Below, in pieces: positions 51,778 to 61,479 of a stretch of DNA of 64,000 nucleotides. The stretch lies in the NCBI GenBank assembly GCA_963677745.1, contig OY782391.1, positions 1,088,001 through 1,152,000 on the forward strand, in the 5' to 3' direction. The DNA comes from Candidatus Altimarinota bacterium. GTDB lineage: Bacteria; Patescibacteriota; Gracilibacteria; UBA1369. The notes under the pieces were generated by a model. It did not search any database. It worked only from the letters and a program-made list of their open reading frames with translations, and was not told where the DNA came from. Numbering within the stretch: position 1 is the stretch's first letter; each line of letters opens with the position of its first letter. The translations under genes were made by a program, and so were the position numbers.

Positions 51778-52836
51778 GTGAAAATCGCAGTGCTCGCCTC
51801 GGGCGGGGTGGACAGTTCGGTGGTACTGAAATTGTTGCAGCGTGAGGGCCACGATGTGACCGCTTTTTATCTTAAAATCTGGCTGGAGGATGAGCTGAGT
51901 TTCCTGGGCAATTGCCCTTGGGAAGAGGATTTGCAATACCTGAGGGAGATCTGTGCGGCCGGCGGCGTGCCTCTGCAGATTATCAATCTGCAAAAGGAAT
52001 ACCACCAGGAGGTGGTTTCCTATGCCCTACGCGAGATCAAAGCCGGCCGCACCCCCAACAGTGATCTTTTGTGCAATTCCAAAATCAAATTCGGGAAATT
52101 CTATGAAAAAATCGGTCCGCAATTCGATCTGGTTGCTTCCGGACATTATGCTGACAAAACCGTTATTGACGGACAGCATTTTCTGACCCGTTCCAAAGAC
52201 ACCTTCAAGGACCAGACCTATTTTCTGGCTCATCTCAATCAGGAGCAGCTGAAACGCGCGGTTTTCCCGCTCGGCCCCTACCTCAAATCCGAAGTCCGCG
52301 ATCTGGCCAAACAATTCAAGCTGCCCAACCAGGCCCGCAAAGACAGCCAGGGGATCTGTTTTCTGGGCAATATCAAGTATCCTGATTTTGTGCGCTTCCA
52401 TCTGGGGGAAAAACCGGGAGATCTGATCAACTACGATACCGGTGAAATAGTCGGCCGGCATGAAGGATATTGGTTCTACACCATCGGCCAGCGCAAGGGG
52501 ATTAAACTCTCCGGAGGACCCTGGTTTGTCATAAAAAAGGATATTGCTGCCAATACCGTTTATATTTCCAATACCTACCACGACCTTTCCAAAAAGCGTG
52601 ATCACTTTGAAGTGGAGGATTTACACTGGATTTCAGGTCCACCGACTCCCCAAAATTTGCAGAAGCTGCAGGTAAAAGTCCGTCATGGAGAAAAACTTTA
52701 TGATGCCACTCTCAGTCTTTTGGACGGCCGGCGGGGAAAAGTGACAATCGAAGGCTCCGACCAGGGTTTCGCCGCCGGCCAGTTTGCAGTCTTTTATAGC
52801 GGCGAATTTTGCCTTGGTTGCGGGACAATCATCTAG
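51778..52836 (+). CDS. mnmA: tRNA-specific 2-thiouridylase
   Basis: SGGVDS, GRTPN.D..CN..IKF, GHYA, KDQTYFL, DSQGICF, YTIGQRKG, GQFAVFY. Confidence 0.97.
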   Translation: MKIAVLASGGVDSSVVLKLLQREGHDVTAFYLKIWLEDELSFLGNCPWEEDLQYLREICAAGGVPLQIINLQKEYHQEVVSYALREIKAGRTPNSDLLCNSKIKFGKFYEKIGPQFDLVASGHYADKTVIDGQHFLTRSKDTFKDQTYFLAHLNQEQLKRAVFPLGPYLKSEVRDLAKQFKLPNQARKDSQGICFLGNIKYPDFVRFHLGEKPGDLINYDTGEIVGRHEGYWFYTIGQRKGIKLSGGPWFVIKKDIAANTVYISNTYHDLSKKRDHFEVEDLHWISGPPTPQNLQKLQVKVRHGEKLYDATLSLLDGRRGKVTIEGSDQGFAAGQFAVFYSGEFCLGCGTII

Positions 52837-52898
52837 GCCGGACTATTTGGAGAATTTCAAAAAGGTGTTATAATTATAACAGGAATATTTTAAGAATT

Positions 52899-54185
52899 AT
52901 GGCTAATCAAAACCCCTCAAAACCTGATCCGATCAACGACGATATTATTTCGGAGCAGGAGGCAAAAATAGACTCGGAGACGGTTCAATTCCGCCCTGAA
53001 CAGGTTACTGTTCCGGATATACGGCAAGTTGATCTGGTTGAAGAGATTTCCCGCGATGACACACTGCCCACGGCTGAAAGATCCAAAGTGGCCGAACTGA
53101 CCCTAAAATTCTCTTCCGAAGGCGATGAGGAGTCGCAGCGCGGACTTGCCGACACCGCCAGCGAAGCGATGGTTCACTACGATGCCGGAGCCCGGATGGA
53201 TCTGGAATCCCGCGAAGCCAAAGACGGTGTGGATCTCAGCAACAAAATCATGCGCAGGGGAAACTTCCCAACCGAAGAATATCTTTCGGACATGGGATAT
53301 TACGGATTTGACGTGAAACACGATTTCGATAAAAAGGAGACGGTTTATTCCCAGTCGACTTTTGGCAGACTGATGCTCACATTGGAAAAATGGTTCTATC
53401 GCAAACGTGATTCCGGCTCACTTAGAAAGGGCAGAACGGTCAGGGAAAAGATCACCGGCAAAAATCACGCCCCCCAAATTGTCGAACGGGCCAAAGTTCT
53501 TGGTCAGGAACAGTATTTTTCCCTGAATGATCAGGGCCAGGTGGTCGAAAAGACCTCCGATCTGACCGGCGGAGCCAGTCTGGATGATCTGTTGCGTTTT
53601 CATAAAAGGGAAGATGCTCCTGCGATTCATAAAAAAATGACGGAAAAGGAAAGAGAAATCGCCGCCAAAGGTTACCAATTCCTTCGTGATCTGGCACCTC
53701 AAATTGAAAACAGTCTGGCCATGTCAGCCCGGACAGTCCAAAGAATCCATGAACAGTCCGGCGGCGGAATCGGGGAGGTATTATGTAATGACCTTATTTT
53801 ACAATTGGATAACGGTAAAGTGACAGGAGTCCGCCTGGCCCTGCCCGACGTTCAATATGCGGAAGGTGTGGACGCCCTGGAACAAAAAGCCACCGACCTG
53901 GCCGATTTTTGCTTTTCGGCCGGCAGCGCGGGCTTCCAGGTCTATGGAGAAGATCAAGCCAGATCATATATCCGAACCATCCTTTCCAATTATGATGACG
54001 AAATGGTCAAATCCGCCCTTCTGGCGACGGTTCCCAGCCGTCCTCACTACGGTTATATCACCAACCGTCCCAGACTGGGATTTGACCGTATGAAAAATTC
54101 CAAACAAGTTTTTGAACAGGTCCGCCAATTGATTATCGATGAGTTGCATAAAAAACCGCCGCTGTTGCCGCAAAAAGCCGAATAG
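52899..54185 (+). CDS. hypothetical protein, possible atypical protein-kinase-like C-terminal domain
   Basis: IH...GGIGEVLCNDLIL...LPD...KATDL loosely parallels kinase subdomains VIb-IX; probable ATG at 52899. Confidence 0.45.
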   Translation: MANQNPSKPDPINDDIISEQEAKIDSETVQFRPEQVTVPDIRQVDLVEEISRDDTLPTAERSKVAELTLKFSSEGDEESQRGLADTASEAMVHYDAGARMDLESREAKDGVDLSNKIMRRGNFPTEEYLSDMGYYGFDVKHDFDKKETVYSQSTFGRLMLTLEKWFYRKRDSGSLRKGRTVREKITGKNHAPQIVERAKVLGQEQYFSLNDQGQVVEKTSDLTGGASLDDLLRFHKREDAPAIHKKMTEKEREIAAKGYQFLRDLAPQIENSLAMSARTVQRIHEQSGGGIGEVLCNDLILQLDNGKVTGVRLALPDVQYAEGVDALEQKATDLADFCFSAGSAGFQVYGEDQARSYIRTILSNYDDEMVKSALLATVPSRPHYGYITNRPRLGFDRMKNSKQVFEQVRQLIIDELHKKPPLLPQKAE

Positions 54186-54300
54186 ACAATTGCCTGCAGG
54201 ATGTGGTTTTGCCCCTTACTAATCACAAAAAAAAGTTATTTTACATCAGGAGAAAGAATGGTAAAATAGCTTGTACAGGAAACACCTCATTTAACTGCCC

Positions 54301-56730
54301 ATGAAGGTGAGCCCAAAAAACAGGGGACAGGATCTGCTGGAGATTCTGGAAAAAAAACACCAGATTGATCTGGAGGGATTAATAGACACCATCAAGGGCT
54401 ATAACCCTGAATTTGACGAGAGCAAATTTCGTGAAGCTTTTATCTTTGCAGCGGTGGCGCATGAAGGGCAAACCCGCAAACAGGTCGATGTTCCTTATAT
54501 TGTTCATCCCTTTGAAACGGCCAAGATTCTCACCCAGATTCACGCGGATGAGCCGACTTTGATTGCTTCACTCCTGCATGACGTGCCTGAGGACACCACC
54601 TACACGCTGGAACAGATTGAAGCTCATTTTGGCAAGCAGGTGGCCTACATGGTGGAGGGGATTACCAAATTATCCAAAGTCCACTATCGACATGACATGC
54701 AGCAGCGCGAAGTGGAAAGCATGAAAAAACTGTTCATCCACGTAGCCGAGGATCCCCGCACCATGCTGATCAAGCTGGCCGACCGTCTGCACAACATGCG
54801 CACGCTGGAATATATGGACGTCCCCGAGAAAAGACTCCGGAAAGCCCGTGAAACGCTCGAGGTCTTTACCCCGATCGCCAATTTGCTTGGTATCAAGGAG
54901 TTGCAGGCCGAACTGGAGGATTTATGTTTTATCAATCTCTATCCTGAAGATTACGCAAAATTAAAGGAAAGAGTTCAGCAGGAGAGGAAAGACCACGCCA
55001 AAGACATGGAGAAAATGATTACGGATACCGAAAAAGCTCTTAAGGATAATAAAATTGACGCGATTGTCTATTCCTATCAGGAAAATCTTTATCGAACCTA
55101 TAACCGTCTGAAGCGTGAAAAAAAGACCATCGACGAACTGGAGGTGACGTTTTTAATCAATGTGATCGTCAACGATGTGGCTGTCTGCTACGAAGCTTTG
55201 GGGGCGGTACATGGCCTCTACAGGCCGCATCCGGGCAAAATTCGCGATTATATTTCTTTGCCCAAGGCCAACGGTTATCAGAGCCTCCATACCACTGTTT
55301 TCGGGATCAAGGGTATCAATACCAAATATTGTATCCGTACCAACCAGATGCACTTCGAGGCTCAATATGGAATTGCCGCCAGTTATTTCACCCCTGACGG
55401 CCGTAAACACAAACTTTTCACCAGTGCCGATCCGCGCTCCCACTGGGTTGAGGACGCTTTGCAGATACAAAAAGAACACAGCGCCGAATCCAAATATTTT
55501 GATGAACTGAAAAATTATGTTTTCCAGGATCGCATCAATGTCCTGACCCCCAAAGGCAAAACCTGTGATCTGCCGGTAAGCGCCACCTGTATTGATTTCG
55601 CCTATTCCATTCATACCGAGGTGGGGAACCGGGCCATCCGGGCGGTGGTAAACGGCAACAATGTGCCGCTGGATTATCATCTGCAGACCGGAGACGTAGT
55701 AAAAATCATCACCACCGACTACCCCAAAGGGCCCAGCTATGAATGGATGAGCTTTGCCAAAACTCCCCAGGCCCGCAAGACCATGAAAGAGTATTTCAGA
55801 AGGGAAAGTTCCGCCTCCAAGGTTCAAATCGGCCGGAAAATGCTGCAGAAGGAATACGACCGTGCCGGCGAAGGACTGGTCAACAGTATGTCCAAATGGA
55901 AACTACAGAAAATTGCCCAGCAATTTCCGGCCCTCAACATCCAGACCACGGAAGATTTATTGGTTCATATTGCGGAAGGATCAATTTCCACACTGGAAAT
56001 AATCAACCTGTTGGCTACCGTCATCCCCAATGAACTTTCCGAAAACGGTGAGAACGGTTTCACCAGACGAAAGTCAACCAAGCTTTCCATCAAGGTCACC
56101 TGTGATTCCAGCGTCAATTTTGCCGAACTGATCAGCCGGCTCCAGAAAAGAAAAGAATCGTTTTTTCTGCTTTCCGGAGATACCAAATACAATTATCTCA
56201 ACAACAAGATTATCTACCGTGCCAACATGCTGGTAAAAGGATACAGCGACATCTCCAACATCTGCCGCGAACTGGAGAGTCTTCCCGGCGTGGAACAGGT
56301 ACAGCGTCTGTTCTGGGGTAAGAAACTGGTTTTCTTTTTGGGAAGCATCTTCACCTTCATGGTCTGGGCCGTACATCCCCTGGCGCTCTATTACATCACC
56401 AGCCAGTGGCAGACCAGTCCGGAAGCGGTGCGTCTGGTTGCCAACACGGTCTTGTTCGCAGGCTTGTTTATACTGTTTTCCCTGATCTTTTTTCTTAAAC
56501 AATACACCGAAAACAGCTTTCCCGAATTCCGCGAAGGCAGTCGCCTCTGGCAGGTTGCTTACGTACTTAGTTTCTTCGCCCTGGTCACGATTTTTCTGGA
56601 AATCTATCTCTACAAACTCAGTTTTGACTGGGCCTGGGTATTAGCCAGCGTTATTCTGATTTTCGCCTATCTGACCGGCCAATACATTTATTACCGGGAA
56701 AAAAATCCCCCTGAACATCTCGAAAAATAA
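54301..56730 (+). CDS. long RelA/SpoT homologue: intact HD hydrolase, degenerate synthetase, TGS domain, C-terminal transmembrane helices
   Basis: PYIVHP, LLHDVPEDT, KLADRLHNMRT, PKANGYQSLHT, DFAYSIHT; hydrophobic C-terminal ~130 aa. Confidence 0.9.
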   Translation: MKVSPKNRGQDLLEILEKKHQIDLEGLIDTIKGYNPEFDESKFREAFIFAAVAHEGQTRKQVDVPYIVHPFETAKILTQIHADEPTLIASLLHDVPEDTTYTLEQIEAHFGKQVAYMVEGITKLSKVHYRHDMQQREVESMKKLFIHVAEDPRTMLIKLADRLHNMRTLEYMDVPEKRLRKARETLEVFTPIANLLGIKELQAELEDLCFINLYPEDYAKLKERVQQERKDHAKDMEKMITDTEKALKDNKIDAIVYSYQENLYRTYNRLKREKKTIDELEVTFLINVIVNDVAVCYEALGAVHGLYRPHPGKIRDYISLPKANGYQSLHTTVFGIKGINTKYCIRTNQMHFEAQYGIAASYFTPDGRKHKLFTSADPRSHWVEDALQIQKEHSAESKYFDELKNYVFQDRINVLTPKGKTCDLPVSATCIDFAYSIHTEVGNRAIRAVVNGNNVPLDYHLQTGDVVKIITTDYPKGPSYEWMSFAKTPQARKTMKEYFRRESSASKVQIGRKMLQKEYDRAGEGLVNSMSKWKLQKIAQQFPALNIQTTEDLLVHIAEGSISTLEIINLLATVIPNELSENGENGFTRRKSTKLSIKVTCDSSVNFAELISRLQKRKESFFLLSGDTKYNYLNNKIIYRANMLVKGYSDISNICRELESLPGVEQVQRLFWGKKLVFFLGSIFTFMVWAVHPLALYYITSQWQTSPEAVRLVANTVLFAGLFILFSLIFFLKQYTENSFPEFREGSRLWQVAYVLSFFALVTIFLEIYLYKLSFDWAWVLASVILIFAYLTGQYIYYREKNPPEHLEK

Positions 56731-56800
56731 TAGCTGAAAAACACCACCTGTTTTTAGTTGGTCGGTTCGGTCGTTTTACCTGTTTCGGCGCGGTTTCCGG

Positions 56801-57889
56801 TCAGGCTGAATGACGGAAATGCATCACATCCCCGTCTTTGACTATATATTCTTTTCCTTCCAGTCGCAGCAGGCCTTTTTCCCGTGCCTGGACTTCGCCG
56901 CCGCAAGCCACATAATCGTCATAGCCAATTACCTCCGCCCGAATGAAGGCTTTTTCAAAATCGGTATGTATCACGCCGGCGGCGCGCGGTGCGGTATCTC
57001 CCCGGTGTATTGTCCAGGCCCGTACTTCCTTCGGCCCGGCCGTGAAGTAGGTCATCAGTCCCAGTGTGTCATAGGCCGCATGGATCAATGCGTTCAGCCC
57101 GCTCTCTTTAATCCCCAGCTCATCCAGCAAATCACGGGATTCTTCCTCGGTGAAATTAATCAGCTCCTCCTCCACTTTGGCCGAAATAGGAATGAGCTTG
57201 GCCGATTCCGGCAGGCCCATATCTTTCCGTACCTGTTGTACGATAATCGTTTTCAGATCGTTTTCGGAAATATTGAGAATATACAAAAACGGTTTGGCGG
57301 TAAGCAAATGAAGATCGCGGATTTCCTCACGTTCTTCAGCCGTCAAATTCAGATCGATGGCTTTTTTCCCGCCCTGCAGAAAGTCGTCGATCTTTTGCAG
57401 TAAGGCAGCATAGGCCACTTTTTTCTTGTCACCGGACTTGGCATCGCTATGGGCTTTGCCCAACCTTTTTTCCAGTGTCTGCAAATCAGCCAGTATCAGT
57501 TCGGTATCAATGATTTCCAGGTCGCGTCGGGCGTCCACCCCTCCATGCACATGTATAACATTGTCGTCCCGGAACAGTCTGATCACCTGTCCGATTGCAT
57601 CGCACTCGCGGATATGAGCCAAAAACTGGTTGCCCAGCCCTTCTCCGGTCGAGGCTCCTTTGACCAGACCGGCAATATCCACAAATTCCACGACGGCCGG
57701 TACCAACCGTTCCGGAGTAACCAGTTCGGCAAGTTTGGCGATGCGTGGATCCGGCACCTCCACAATACCCACATTCGGATCAATGGTGCAGAAAGGATAA
57801 TTGGCAGCCATCGCTCCGGAAGATTTGGTCAGGGCATTGAAAAGAGTTGATTTGCCCACATTGGGCAGTCCTACGATACCGATTTTCAT
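56801..57889 (-). CDS. ychF: redox-regulated ATPase YchF
   Basis: GIVGLPNVGKST, ANYPFCTIDPN, DIAGLV, IHTDF, GDVMHFR. Confidence 0.98.
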   Translation of the reverse strand: MKIGIVGLPNVGKSTLFNALTKSSGAMAANYPFCTIDPNVGIVEVPDPRIAKLAELVTPERLVPAVVEFVDIAGLVKGASTGEGLGNQFLAHIRECDAIGQVIRLFRDDNVIHVHGGVDARRDLEIIDTELILADLQTLEKRLGKAHSDAKSGDKKKVAYAALLQKIDDFLQGGKKAIDLNLTAEEREEIRDLHLLTAKPFLYILNISENDLKTIIVQQVRKDMGLPESAKLIPISAKVEEELINFTEEESRDLLDELGIKESGLNALIHAAYDTLGLMTYFTAGPKEVRAWTIHRGDTAPRAAGVIHTDFEKAFIRAEVIGYDDYVACGGEVQAREKGLLRLEGKEYIVKDGDVMHFRHSA

Positions 57890-57920
57890 GTTTTAGAAAT
57901 TATGCGGCGGATTGAAAGCG

Positions 57921-58919
57921 CTAGAATTTTACCAGCACCTTTTCCGGACTGAAAGAGATGATTTTAAGATCGGTTCCCGCCGGCAAAACGATATCGCCGG
58001 AATTAACAACATATATTCCTTTTTGCAGGCTGGAGGTCTTGATCAATAGTTTGAGCGAGTTGCTGTCCAGAGTCGCCAGCACTTCGGGAATTCCCTCTAC
58101 GGTCACCAGAATATTTTTTGGCAGCAGCTCTTTTACCGATGAACTCAAATCATCCGCCGTTTTTGCTTCGACCATCAGTGTCTTTCGTTCCTTGCCGGAT
58201 TCCACCGGAGTGTCCGTTCCGTCAACCACGGTCCCGGAATCCGTCCCGGAAGCATTTGTATCCGTAGTGTTATTCTTTTTTCTGATTTCAATATCCGCCT
58301 GAATTACCGGAGGATCAAAACTTACCGTTTTTCCGGAAAGACTCCACTCGGCCGGAGCTTCCAGAGTTATTTTGCGGCTGAAATCGGCTGTTTCCGTGCC
58401 ATCCAAAGTAATTTTTATCGGCAGATTTTGCAGTTCGGAAATGGCACTGGCGGCCCCGCTAATATTCACGGTTTCTGTATCTATTTTCAGGCTCTTGATC
58501 TCGTAATCCTTGGCCGGAGCGCCCGTGATTTCACTTTCCAGGGTAATGTACCTGCTGGTGATGGCCTCCAGTTTAAGTTTCAGTTTGGCCGGTTCCACCG
58601 CCACAATCGCCAGTTTAACATTTTTAGTGGTGAATCCGACCGGCAGGGTATATTCCCCCTCGCCCAGTCCTTCCGCGTCCAGAAACAAATCAAAATCATT
58701 GCTGTTGGCGGTGATGGATCCGGAAGGAGTCTTATAGAGAATTTTTACCCCTTCGATCTCGCTGGCCACACTGACATTTTTTCCCATGTTAATTATTTTA
58801 ACCGGAAGATTCCCGGGAAAAACATAAACATAATTTTCCACTCCCACCACAAACATCCACAAAATAACGGCCGAAATCACAGCCAGCAGTTTGAGATGTA
58901 GATTTTTAAATATATTCAT
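57921..58919 (-). CDS. cdaR: CdaR/YbbR-domain protein
   Basis: KLLAVISAVILWMFV N-terminus, repeated YbbR-like beta domains; directly downstream of cdaA. Confidence 0.75.
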   Translation of the reverse strand: MNIFKNLHLKLLAVISAVILWMFVVGVENYVYVFPGNLPVKIINMGKNVSVASEIEGVKILYKTPSGSITANSNDFDLFLDAEGLGEGEYTLPVGFTTKNVKLAIVAVEPAKLKLKLEAITSRYITLESEITGAPAKDYEIKSLKIDTETVNISGAASAISELQNLPIKITLDGTETADFSRKITLEAPAEWSLSGKTVSFDPPVIQADIEIRKKNNTTDTNASGTDSGTVVDGTDTPVESGKERKTLMVEAKTADDLSSSVKELLPKNILVTVEGIPEVLATLDSNSLKLLIKTSSLQKGIYVVNSGDIVLPAGTDLKIISFSPEKVLVKF

Positions 58920-59785
58920 TGGCTGTCGCGGTAAACCAAATGCTTTTCCTTCTTTTTTCTGTCTTTCGGCTCCAGGACAATTCGCAGCAGATGCTGCAGT
59001 CTGGCCGCATCGATGTCACGCTCCAGCCGGCCGTTCTTGGCAAAACTGATCGAGCCTCTTTCCTCTGAAATCACGATCACACTGGCGTCAGTGTGATCGG
59101 TCAAACCGATTGCCGCTTTGTGCCGGGTCCCATAACTCTTTTCCTTGTTGTCGAAGCTGGTCGGCAGTATGCATGCGGCAGCTTTGATCCTGCCGTTTTC
59201 CACGATCACCGCCCCGTCATGCAGGGGGCCCTTGCCGTGAAAGATCGAAATCAATAATTCCTTGCTCAGCAGGGCGTCCATTTTCACCCCGCTCTCAATA
59301 TATTCTTTCAGCGGAATACCGTGTCGGAACACAATCAGGGCTCCTTCTTTCCTTTCCGAAAGGTAGACGCAGCTGGCTACCGTCTCGGAAATCATTGCGT
59401 CCACCTGCGGGTTTTTCCCGCCGGTCAGAAAAGGCGTATTGCCGATTTTTTCCAGACCCATGCGCAGTTCCTGCTGGAACAGGATGGGAATGGAGATCAA
59501 TAAAATTGTGAAAAACCTGTCCAATAGCCAGCCTACGGCCAGCAGATTAAGTGATTTGCTGATCAGAAAAAGTATAAAAATAATGGATAGCCCCAGCAGA
59601 ACGCTTACCGACCGTGAGCCTTTCAGCATCGAAAAAATGAAATAAAAGGTCAGCGCCACAATTCCAATATCCAGAAGTACCTGCCACAGGCTCATGTCGG
59701 AATAAATCAGATTTTGCCAAAATTCCCGCGCAATATTGGCGATCTGCGATATGCCGCTGGCAATAAAACTGCTGATGGCGTCCAT
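58916..59785 (-). CDS. cdaA: diadenylate cyclase CdaA
   Basis: Three TMs, FQQELR, GALIV, PLHDGAV, GTRHKAA, SEERG. Confidence 0.92.
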   Translation of the reverse strand: MDAISSFIASGISQIANIAREFWQNLIYSDMSLWQVLLDIGIVALTFYFIFSMLKGSRSVSVLLGLSIIFILFLISKSLNLLAVGWLLDRFFTILLISIPILFQQELRMGLEKIGNTPFLTGGKNPQVDAMISETVASCVYLSERKEGALIVFRHGIPLKEYIESGVKMDALLSKELLISIFHGKGPLHDGAVIVENGRIKAAACILPTSFDNKEKSYGTRHKAAIGLTDHTDASVIVISEERGSISFAKNGRLERDIDAARLQHLLRIVLEPKDRKKKEKHLVYRDSQ

Positions 59786-59902
59786 GCCCGGGAGGGTTAA
59801 TTTAAGTACATTTTAGGCAATGGGGCCGGTTTTGCCAATAGAAAAGCAGTATTCCGCCGGGAAGGTAAAGTGAACAAGGAAAGGACATAGAAAGGAACAA
59901 GA

Positions 59903-59927
59903 AAAGGCCGCCCTGCGGGCGGCCTTT
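59903..59927 (-). terminator. intrinsic terminator
   Basis: aaaggccgccc-tgc-gggcggccttt downstream of the cupredoxin-like gene. Confidence 0.8.
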
Positions 59928-59965
59928 CTAATTATGGATCCGGCCACAACATTTGCCGGATTTTA

Positions 59966-61066
59966 TCAGTATGATTTGAAAGCTTTTTGCAGCTTTTTTC
60001 GATTGGCCCAGGCCAGTACCAGTATAATTCCCAGGTAAAGTGTTTCAGCCGGGCCGGTTTTGGCCAATTTCTTGGGAGCATCGGCGGCCGGTTTGAGTTC
60101 CTCAGTTACGGTTGTTTCCTGAGTTTCTGCAGGTTCCAGAGAGGTGATAGGCTCATTATTCTGGGCAGTCATTGTTTCATCAATGGCACTGGTCAGAACA
60201 TTTTCAGTGGTTTCGCCGGCGGCCGTTTCAGGCGTATCAGTGCCGGTTTCGGCCGGTGTTGTCAGAGTGGGACTTCCCGTCCCTACGGTTATGGAAGCTT
60301 TAAGCGCAGGATTATAGGTGGAGTAATATTCAAAAGTGCCATCCTGGTCGAACAAATAACTGAAACTCTGTCCGCTGGTAAGTACCGGGCTGGCAAAACT
60401 TTGTCCGTTGGTGGATGAGCCGATAATAGTCTGATCTTCAGTGCTGGTATTGGTCCAGACCACAGTTGCTCCTTTATCAATTTTTACTGTCGCGGGTTCA
60501 AAGCCAAACAGGGACACGTCAACATTGACGCTGGGGCCTGTACTTTGTGCAACGGTTTCGGGGGTAGTGGAAGAAGTATCGGTACTTTTTTCAGCTACTG
60601 TGGAAGTGTCAGTGTTTGTGGCGGTTTCAGTAGAGTCCAGAGAGGCTACCCCGGCTGTTGGTGTAGTCTGATTGGTTTCGCTGTTTACAGGCGTGGAGCT
60701 GAGCAGGTCGGATTTGAGTTGTAACGGTTCCTGTACCCAGTAAGCCACATATCCGGCAATGCCGACGATAACCAGTGCGGCGATAATTTTTGTCTTGGGA
60801 ATTTTGTCTTCCGATGGTTCAGTTTCTTCCGCGACTACCGCTGCAGCTTCTTCAGCTACTGTTGTTTCTGCAGCCGGGGCTGTTTCTGTCTGCACGGCTA
60901 CCTGGTCGGCGGTTTCAGCGGTTTTATGTGAAATATTCAAGGTGGTCGCCGGTGCTGCTTCCGCTGAACGCATGGTGGCTGGTCCGGTCTGTTCAAACAG
61001 ATCCATCTGATCGGGACTTACCGGTGTTTCGGTTGTCTCTTCTGGCTTGTTTTCTAGCTCGGTCAT
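59966..61066 (-). CDS. surface protein with cupredoxin-like fold and C-terminal xxKTGP sorting-like signal
   Basis: FEPATVKIDKGATVVWTN...SGQSFSYLF...GTFEY; C-terminus LAKTGP + hydrophobic helix + basic tail; internal TM. Confidence 0.75.
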   Translation of the reverse strand: MTELENKPEETTETPVSPDQMDLFEQTGPATMRSAEAAPATTLNISHKTAETADQVAVQTETAPAAETTVAEEAAAVVAEETEPSEDKIPKTKIIAALVIVGIAGYVAYWVQEPLQLKSDLLSSTPVNSETNQTTPTAGVASLDSTETATNTDTSTVAEKSTDTSSTTPETVAQSTGPSVNVDVSLFGFEPATVKIDKGATVVWTNTSTEDQTIIGSSTNGQSFASPVLTSGQSFSYLFDQDGTFEYYSTYNPALKASITVGTGSPTLTTPAETGTDTPETAAGETTENVLTSAIDETMTAQNNEPITSLEPAETQETTVTEELKPAADAPKKLAKTGPAETLYLGIILVLAWANRKKLQKAFKSY

Positions 61067-61189
61067 AGCTTTATTGGTATTTGATAAATCTTCACAGTAT
61101 ATCACAAAAACACCCCGGGATTAATGTTCCGGAGGCCTGTGCAAGCCAAAAGGACTATACAAAAAAAAGAAATGTATTGAAACTCAAAA

Positions 61190-61446
61190 TCCCTGAGTAG
61201 CAGAATCAATTTTAGGCATCAGATTGACCAAGTCCAACGGTAACCGTTTTAAAAGTTACATGCTTTCATTTTAATTGGGAAAGCAACTTTATAAATAAAG
61301 ATTGTTTTCTTTTTAAACTGAAAAATCCTGAAATTATTTCTGTACCCAGGGAAGAGGTTGCCTTTGGTCATACAGGGTTGCCTTGAGGACTGTGTGCCAA
61401 AAAAATTTTAGGCAAAAGTCACAGTCCAAAGGCAACCTTCTCCCTG
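61190..61446 (-). ncRNA. putative structured ncRNA, unit 3 of tandem array
   Basis: Leader hairpin 61347-61446; closing stem 61327-61352 pairs with 61190-61216; internal hairpins. Confidence 0.5.
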
Positions 61447-61479
61447 TGATAGAAACGCTGTTTTTTAATGTTCAAAAAA

